Positions 58,278-64,000 of a stretch of DNA of 64,000 bases are shown piece by piece. The notes under the pieces are model-generated. The model searched no databases, was not told the origin of the DNA, and saw nothing but the letters and a program-made list of their open reading frames with translations. The stretch comes from Spirochaetia bacterium (lineage in GTDB: Bacteria; Spirochaetota; Spirochaetia; SP-2023). The stretch lies in NCBI GenBank assembly GCA_965225855.1, contig CBDDCK010000004.1:32001-96000 (forward strand), given 5' to 3'. Each line of letters starts with the position of its first letter. Within the stretch, counting starts at the first letter, position 1. The position numbers and the translations under genes are program-made.

Positions 58278-60092
58278 CTACCTTACAACACTAATACTAG
58301 TGCTTAGGTTTTCTGGACTACCAGGTACAAATTCTGCTGCTGTTTCCAGGTTGTATGCACCATTATTATCACTTTTACCCCCCTTAACCAGTATCTTATC
58401 GACTTCCGCTTTTACACTACCCCTTAAAGTAATATTTAATCTTGTTGTACTTGCACTAGAACCTGTGGCTCTGTTTACACCTTCATTTGCGTGCCGGGGT
58501 AATGGGTATCTCTTCTTACCATCACCGGATACAATCGTCAATTTGCTAAAGTCCCAGTCTGTAACTGCTCTCGGTAACCTGACACCTCTAATAGTTAACT
58601 CGCCTCCATAATAATCGTAGACTGCACTGGTGATGCTGGCTACATACCCACTAACGGTAATCGGGTTGCTTGGGTCTTCTGCGCTACCACCTGCAAAGCC
58701 TGCTGCTGCTTCCAGGTTGTATGCACCATTAGCATCACGAACACCTTCCTTAACCAGTATCTTCTCGGCTTCCGCTTTTACACTACCGCTTAAAGTAATA
58801 CTTAAGTAGGTTGTACCTGCACGAGAACCTGTGGCTGTGTTTTCACCTGCAGTTTCGTGCCGGGGTAATGGGTATCTCTTACTACCATCACCGGATACAA
58901 TCGTCAATTTGCTAAAGTCCCAGTCTGCAACTGCTCTCGGTAACTTGATACCTCTAATATATAACTCGCCTGTATTAGCATTGTAGGTTGCACTGGTGAT
59001 GCTGGCTGTATACCCGCTAACGGTAATAGGATTGGTTGTGTCTTCTGCGCTACCACCTGCAAAGCCTGCTGCTGCTTCCAGGTTGTATGCACCATTAGCA
59101 TCACTATCACCATCGTTAACCAGTATCTTCTCGGCTTCCGTTTTTACACTACCGATTAAAGTAATCTGTAAGCCTGTTGCACTTGCACGAGAACCTATGG
59201 CTCTGTTTCTACTTTCAAAACCTACGGCTCTGTTTTCTGGCCGGGGTAATGTGTATCTCTTACTACCATCACCGGATACAATCGTCAATTTGCTAAAGTC
59301 CCAGCCTCTAACTGCTGCTGGTAAATTAGTACCTGTAATCACTAACAAGCCTAAAGTAACATTGTAGGTTGCACGGGTAATTGCGGGGTCGGGTAGCTTA
59401 GGCGATTCATCATCGACTTGTTCGACTTGTTCAGCTTGTTCGTCTTTAGGTTGCTTAGGCGACTGATCTTCGGTTTCAGTCTTAGACTGCTTATCTTCGA
59501 CTTCTTCGGTTTGTTCGGCTTCGGGTAGTTCAGGCGACTGATCTTCAGCTTGTTCAGCTTGTTCGTCTTCAGTTTGCTTACGCGATTGATCATCGACTTG
59601 TTCGGCTGCGGGTATATTCCTAACGGTTAAGTCTTTGGCTGTATCTAAACCCGCCCAACTACCAGAGCTAACGCTAAGCAAGCCTTTTTTTAGACCATTG
59701 CTACCCACCTTGCCATTCAGAGTAGCTTTATCGGCATCGGTAAGTCTAAGCCAAAGTGCTGTGCCATCGCTTTTAATACGGTACTTACCTTGTTCAAGAC
59801 CGTTACTATTTACCCCAGTGGGTTTGGCATCTGCAGTATAGGCACTGAAGGCTACACCATTTGTTCGGCTTCCTACCCTGATAGTTTGGATTTGCGCTTG
59901 TTTCACACTGGTAGGACTTAAGTCAGTACCTTGTACGGTTAACAGAGCCGTAGCAAAGTCGTAGATAGCGTTATTGATAGTCGGCCCAGACGGCCCAGAA
60001 GATGGTGCATCGTCATCGGGTGGGGCGCAGGCCAAGGCCATAAAGGCCAGTAGCCAGGCTACAGGCAATAAAAATAGTTTGAGCTTATACAT
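58278..60092 (-). CDS. Modular repeat surface lipoprotein, locus 2 (A-linker-B-B-B)
   Basis: Signal peptide identical to locus 1; one A domain, acidic linker, three B domains. Confidence 0.88.
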   Translation of the reverse strand: MYKLKLFLLPVAWLLAFMALACAPPDDDAPSSGPSGPTINNAIYDFATALLTVQGTDLSPTSVKQAQIQTIRVGSRTNGVAFSAYTADAKPTGVNSNGLEQGKYRIKSDGTALWLRLTDADKATLNGKVGSNGLKKGLLSVSSGSWAGLDTAKDLTVRNIPAAEQVDDQSRKQTEDEQAEQAEDQSPELPEAEQTEEVEDKQSKTETEDQSPKQPKDEQAEQVEQVDDESPKLPDPAITRATYNVTLGLLVITGTNLPAAVRGWDFSKLTIVSGDGSKRYTLPRPENRAVGFESRNRAIGSRASATGLQITLIGSVKTEAEKILVNDGDSDANGAYNLEAAAGFAGGSAEDTTNPITVSGYTASITSATYNANTGELYIRGIKLPRAVADWDFSKLTIVSGDGSKRYPLPRHETAGENTATGSRAGTTYLSITLSGSVKAEAEKILVKEGVRDANGAYNLEAAAGFAGGSAEDPSNPITVSGYVASITSAVYDYYGGELTIRGVRLPRAVTDWDFSKLTIVSGDGKKRYPLPRHANEGVNRATGSSASTTRLNITLRGSVKAEVDKILVKGGKSDNNGAYNLETAAEFVPGSPENLSTSISVVR

Positions 60093-60787
60093 AAGCAATA
60101 CCTCCAACAATGGATAAAGATTAACCAACCCATACGGGCTAGTCTGTAAATCCCCATTTTGCTAGGGGGGGTGTTGCGTCAAGGCCTATATAAGCTTTTT
60201 GTAAGTTTTTTGTGCTTTTTTTGTGTCTTAGTGTTGTAAGGTGGTTCAAAATCCATGCCAATCAAAAGGCTTGGGGGTATGCGATAGCAGGCGCAACGCC
60301 AACTATGCCAACCGTGCCAACCCAACCATGCCAACCATTGGGCGGTATCAATATATCGCAGTTGGGGTCATCGGCCCGCAATATATAGCCAGATATTGTG
60401 CAAGTCGTCTAAAATGCCAGCATTGATGCTGTGGGCTACGGTGAAAGCATCGGCATACTGGCCCTATTTGAGGTCGTCCCAGTTTTGGCTTTCTACGATG
60501 TTGTTGGGTTTTAGGAAGTCTATGGCTTGCTTATTTTTATGGTTTTTAGTGCCTTGCTATGATACATCTTTCCGCCTTCGATCAATACCTTACTCCAATG
60601 CGGATCAATACCTTGCTCCAATGCGGAACAAGGCATTACTCCAACTTGCTATAATATATTGTAGATGGCCTTATTAATAGTCGGCCCAGACGTCCCATAC
60701 GGCCCAGAAGAAGGCGCATCGTCATCGGGTGGGGTGTTGGTTGGAGGTGGGGCAGTTATTGGTTGGGTGTTGGGGTGGGTTATAGGG
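60093..60787. repeat. Conserved upstream region of lipoprotein locus 2
   Basis: Homologous to 22679-23399. Confidence 0.88.
60650..60733 (-). pseudogene. Silent fragment encoding a variant lipoprotein mature N-terminus
   Basis: Minus strand reads PPDDDAPSSGPYGTSGPTINKAIYNIL*; no signal peptide or start codon upstream. Confidence 0.8.
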
Positions 60788-60848
60788 ATTGATACCCAAC
60801 CAAAGGGAAAACAAAGAGAAACCCAAATAAAAACGCTTTAAATTCTAG

Positions 60849-62525
60849 CTAACGATTTCGATAGACAAATGCATCTTTATAGCCAGCTATACGAACTCGG
60901 CGCAGTATATCAGTAACTTGGGATTCATTCAAATTGCCAATCAAACAGCGGTAATATTTCTTGCCGTTAATATTTGCTGGAACCACATTCATTTTATATT
61001 TGTTGGTAAACCGCTCATAAACTTGGCGAGTTTTAAGTATATCTTGGAATGATGCTAATTGAATATAATAGCCATCGGGTAAATGCAAATTGTTTAGGTT
61101 GACAATTTTTTGCGGTATGCGCGTTGCAACTACAGGCGAAGGTTGTGCTTGGTTGAGAATTTGATCAAGAGTTTTAGACCGTGTTCCCCCTGCCGATGGC
61201 ATGGCAGAAGGGGTAGTCGGTTGCTTTTCATCTGGTTCAAAAGATGGACTGGTTTCAATTGTCGCATCATTTGGCTCTGCGGGCGTGCTTCTTTTTGGCA
61301 CTATCCTTGGGATTCTATTTAGGCTGCCACTAGGGGGTGGATTCATATCGGCTATAGTAGGAAAGTAGATTTCTGGCTTTTTGGGAATATTTGAAGGTTG
61401 AGGCGGGTTAGCTGTTTTCGGTGTATGCCCCCATTCTTGCTTGGTAGAAGAATTTTCTGGAGCTTCGTAAGAAGGACGATTTTGGCTTAGCTTTTTTGAC
61501 GGTGTCGGAATTAAATCACCAGGCCTACTGCGGGCTTCGCTTTTTCCTTCTGTAGTTTCAGTTTTTGCCGTGTCTTTATCGGCAAATCCACGGAAAGGCG
61601 TGGGGCCTGCATCACTCCTCGGTGGTATTGTTTCTTCGAGAGCAGGTTTTGGTTCTTCGCTAGTAATGTCTTTTATCAAAAGAGGTTCATCGGCTTCCTG
61701 AATCGATTCTAGCTCATTGGGATTGGGCTTTGCTGTAGGGGCAATGATATTGAGCCTCGGTTTTTCTATTTCTTGGGGTGGTGTATTTCTACTGGGAACA
61801 TGTTTATACGATGGAGGGCTGGTTTGGCTTTCACGATTGTACTGTCTATTTTTAGGTGCAAAAGGTTCTTCCGCAGGCGTTTGGGCTACAGGCGGGATTT
61901 CTGCCCTAGGGGGGAGGCCAGTAACTATAGCACTTTCGGTAAACAGTTCAGCTTCACCATTTTTGGGGATTGTGCTTAAAGCTTGGGTTTCCACAGAATC
62001 TGTAAAACCATTGGGGCTATCAGAATTTTGCGGGGGATAGTTTCTCGTATTCTGGATAGGAATTCTTGAGCCTGTTGGATTTTCTGGAATATTGATAGGC
62101 TTAGTTGGCGTTTCTTCCATAGCACGAGGCAGAATATCTGTCGTTTCAACTGGGCTTGCAATAATGCCTTTGTATTCCACGGCAGGGTTTACTTCCGCAT
62201 TATTGCCATTCAGGGCTAACTGAACAATGCGCACTTCGGCAATACTGCCCTCTCCTAGCTCCAAGCGACTAGATGCTTCTGGTGAAAGTGCGATTTTTCG
62301 ACCTATTATTTTCCGTTGCTGTACGGTAAAAACTTCAGTTCGGCCTGAATCTGGATTGGTTATACTTACCCAACTATTCCCTGGAAATAGATTTACCAGT
62401 GCTATTGAGTCATTCAAATTTGAGTCGATTAAAACGGGAAGATGGTAAATACCGTTTGCAAATAGTAGCTGTTGAGCTGTATTTATAGAGCCCCATAGAA
62501 AAAGGGCTAAAAGAACTTTTTTCAT
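60849..62525 (-). CDS. SPOR-domain protein with degenerate RlpA-like N-terminus and Pro-rich linker
   Basis: Signal peptide; FPGNSWVSITNPDSGRT...LSPEASSRL; C-terminal YYIQLASF...YRCLIG...GYKDAFV. Confidence 0.8.
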   Translation of the reverse strand: MKKVLLALFLWGSINTAQQLLFANGIYHLPVLIDSNLNDSIALVNLFPGNSWVSITNPDSGRTEVFTVQQRKIIGRKIALSPEASSRLELGEGSIAEVRIVQLALNGNNAEVNPAVEYKGIIASPVETTDILPRAMEETPTKPINIPENPTGSRIPIQNTRNYPPQNSDSPNGFTDSVETQALSTIPKNGEAELFTESAIVTGLPPRAEIPPVAQTPAEEPFAPKNRQYNRESQTSPPSYKHVPSRNTPPQEIEKPRLNIIAPTAKPNPNELESIQEADEPLLIKDITSEEPKPALEETIPPRSDAGPTPFRGFADKDTAKTETTEGKSEARSRPGDLIPTPSKKLSQNRPSYEAPENSSTKQEWGHTPKTANPPQPSNIPKKPEIYFPTIADMNPPPSGSLNRIPRIVPKRSTPAEPNDATIETSPSFEPDEKQPTTPSAMPSAGGTRSKTLDQILNQAQPSPVVATRIPQKIVNLNNLHLPDGYYIQLASFQDILKTRQVYERFTNKYKMNVVPANINGKKYYRCLIGNLNESQVTDILRRVRIAGYKDAFVYRNR

Positions 62526-62976
62526 AATAAAATTTTACACAACCAGTGGTTATGCTTTCCCCTCCAAAGCTGCAAAATATAAGGCCACCAGCCTAAATTC
62601 GCACCACCTAACTCTAACTAAGATTGCAGGGGCTGACAAAGAAAAATTTATGTTTTTTTAGAAAAATGCAATTTTGGTTTCAAAACGGGAAGTGCATGAT
62701 CAAACAGTTGAGGCTTATAACTAAAAATAAAAAGATTAGCCGCTTAGTTTGCATTCTAAAATATGAAAATGATATAATAACAATTTTTATCAGGACTTGT
62801 TAAGCATAAAAACTTAATCACAATAATCAACCTTATGGTTTAGGCCAATTCAGTACTTGTATGGATAGCCTTGTAATGATTGGAATTTTATACTCGGGCA
62901 AACAGCAATGCAGAAAATGTAGCAAATTACTCGTAACCCAATTTACCAATTTATTAAAACAAAACGGAGATTCTAT

Positions 62977-63786
62977 ATGCAACAAATTACACTCTTTAAT
63001 CGCCTCTTCTGTAGGCGCCATATTAGGCAAACAATGGCCCTGTTCTTAATAATAACAGGGTTACTAATCAATAGTATAAATATTCATTCTCAAAATTTAT
63101 CAGATAAAGCACAAAGCCAAGCCGATAAAATTATGGCGATGCTCAAGCAATCTTCAGAAGATATTTGGCAATTTCAAGTACAAGCAAAATTATTATCATA
63201 CAACCCCGGAACTGGTGAAAATATCAAAACAGAATTATTGATCTATGCTGATCGCAATAAAGGTAAAACAAAAAGTTTGGCAAAAGTTTTAGCACCAGAA
63301 CGTAGCGAAGGCCAAATCTTCCTCAACAATATCAATGTATATTGGGTTTTCTACCCCAAGTTACAACGTTCGCTAGCCCTTTCGCCGCTATCTACTTTAG
63401 CCGGTGATGTAAGTATTGGCGATATTTTAGCCCCCCCACCATTGCAAATTTACAAACCCAAAGTATTGGAAAGTGATGGCAAAAAACTCGTACTAGAACT
63501 GATAAAAATGGTGCGGAATGCTCCTTATACCAAAGTTATCCAATATTACGAAGGTGATATTCTAAAAAATGCTGAATTTTACGGTGGTCAAAGCGGAAAA
63601 ATTTTAATGAAACGGGCACAGTATCTAAAGCCCATAAAAAACAGAGATGACTATTTTTATACTCAAGTCAAGATTCTCAATGAGTTACAAAAAGGAAGAT
63701 ACACTATTATCGCCTTTAGCCAGCCACGGGATATTAAAATTCCTACAGCTTGGTTTAATCCCAATAATTTAACCAAAGTACCATGA
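62977..63786 (+). CDS. Outer-membrane lipoprotein-sorting (LolA-like/DUF1329-type) protein
   Basis: APERSEGQIFL, WVFYP, LAGDVSIGD, C-terminal IPTAWFNPNNL; start uncertain. Confidence 0.7.
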   Translation: MQQITLFNRLFCRRHIRQTMALFLIITGLLINSINIHSQNLSDKAQSQADKIMAMLKQSSEDIWQFQVQAKLLSYNPGTGENIKTELLIYADRNKGKTKSLAKVLAPERSEGQIFLNNINVYWVFYPKLQRSLALSPLSTLAGDVSIGDILAPPPLQIYKPKVLESDGKKLVLELIKMVRNAPYTKVIQYYEGDILKNAEFYGGQSGKILMKRAQYLKPIKNRDDYFYTQVKILNELQKGRYTIIAFSQPRDIKIPTAWFNPNNLTKVP

Positions 63787-64000
63787 TCATCTATTTTTTT
63801 TGGAGAAAAGCTTTATTTTTTAGACCATCGTTTGGGATTTTCTTAGCTTTATTATCGTTAGGTTTATTGTCTTTAATAAGTGGGTTTACAGCTCAAGAAA
63901 CCATGGAAATTAAAGACCCTTTTGCAGCCATTCCCGATTTAGATTTTACAGATAATGCTGAAGAGAGCGAAGTTAGTGCGGCTTTTGGTGACATTGAAAA
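63783..64000 (+). CDS. Hypothetical exported protein, 5' part; runs off the window end
   Basis: ATGA overlap with the previous stop; open frame MIIYFFWRK...LALLSLGLLSLISGFTAQE... Confidence 0.55.
   Translation, partial: MIIYFFWRKALFFRPSFGIFLALLSLGLLSLISGFTAQETMEIKDPFAAIPDLDFTDNAEESEVSAAFGDIE

Overview
A 64-kb piece of a low-GC bacterial chromosome. The gene complement suggests a spirochaete (stand-alone groES, FemAB-family transferase, DUF3996-like beta-barrel, phoH-ybeY-corC-TPR run, many lipoproteins); this is an inference. The backbone is housekeeping: lactate permease, ruvA, clpP, fmt, def, tRNA-Ser, clpS/clpA, sodB, guaC, pheS, groES, recA, recN, NAD kinase, pdxT. Two accessory systems stand out. 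(1) At 4.2-12.4 kb is a Type IV restriction locus built from a diverged tandem duplication. Two McrB-like GTPases have closely similar AAA+ cores but unrelated N-terminal cassettes and share one McrC. An antisense HEPN + ImmA/IrrE-peptidase gene pair lies between the two direct repeats, and HD and EVE genes follow. Each repeat starts with a copy of the 3' end of the upstream radical-SAM gene. (2) Two dispersed copies (20.4-23.4 kb and 58.3-60.8 kb) of a modular surface-lipoprotein locus share a ~0.7-kb upstream region. That region holds a C7 tract in the putative promoter spacer, a 23-bp tandem repeat triplet, G-quadruplex-type G-tracts and, at one locus, a silent variant copy of the mature N-terminus. 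This resembles an antigenic/phase-variation system. Also noted are two homopolymer-associated frameshifts, a DUF262 protein with a degenerate nuclease site, tandem iron-binding lipoproteins, and an ankyrin remnant. All family calls come from motif recognition by eye; no searches were run.
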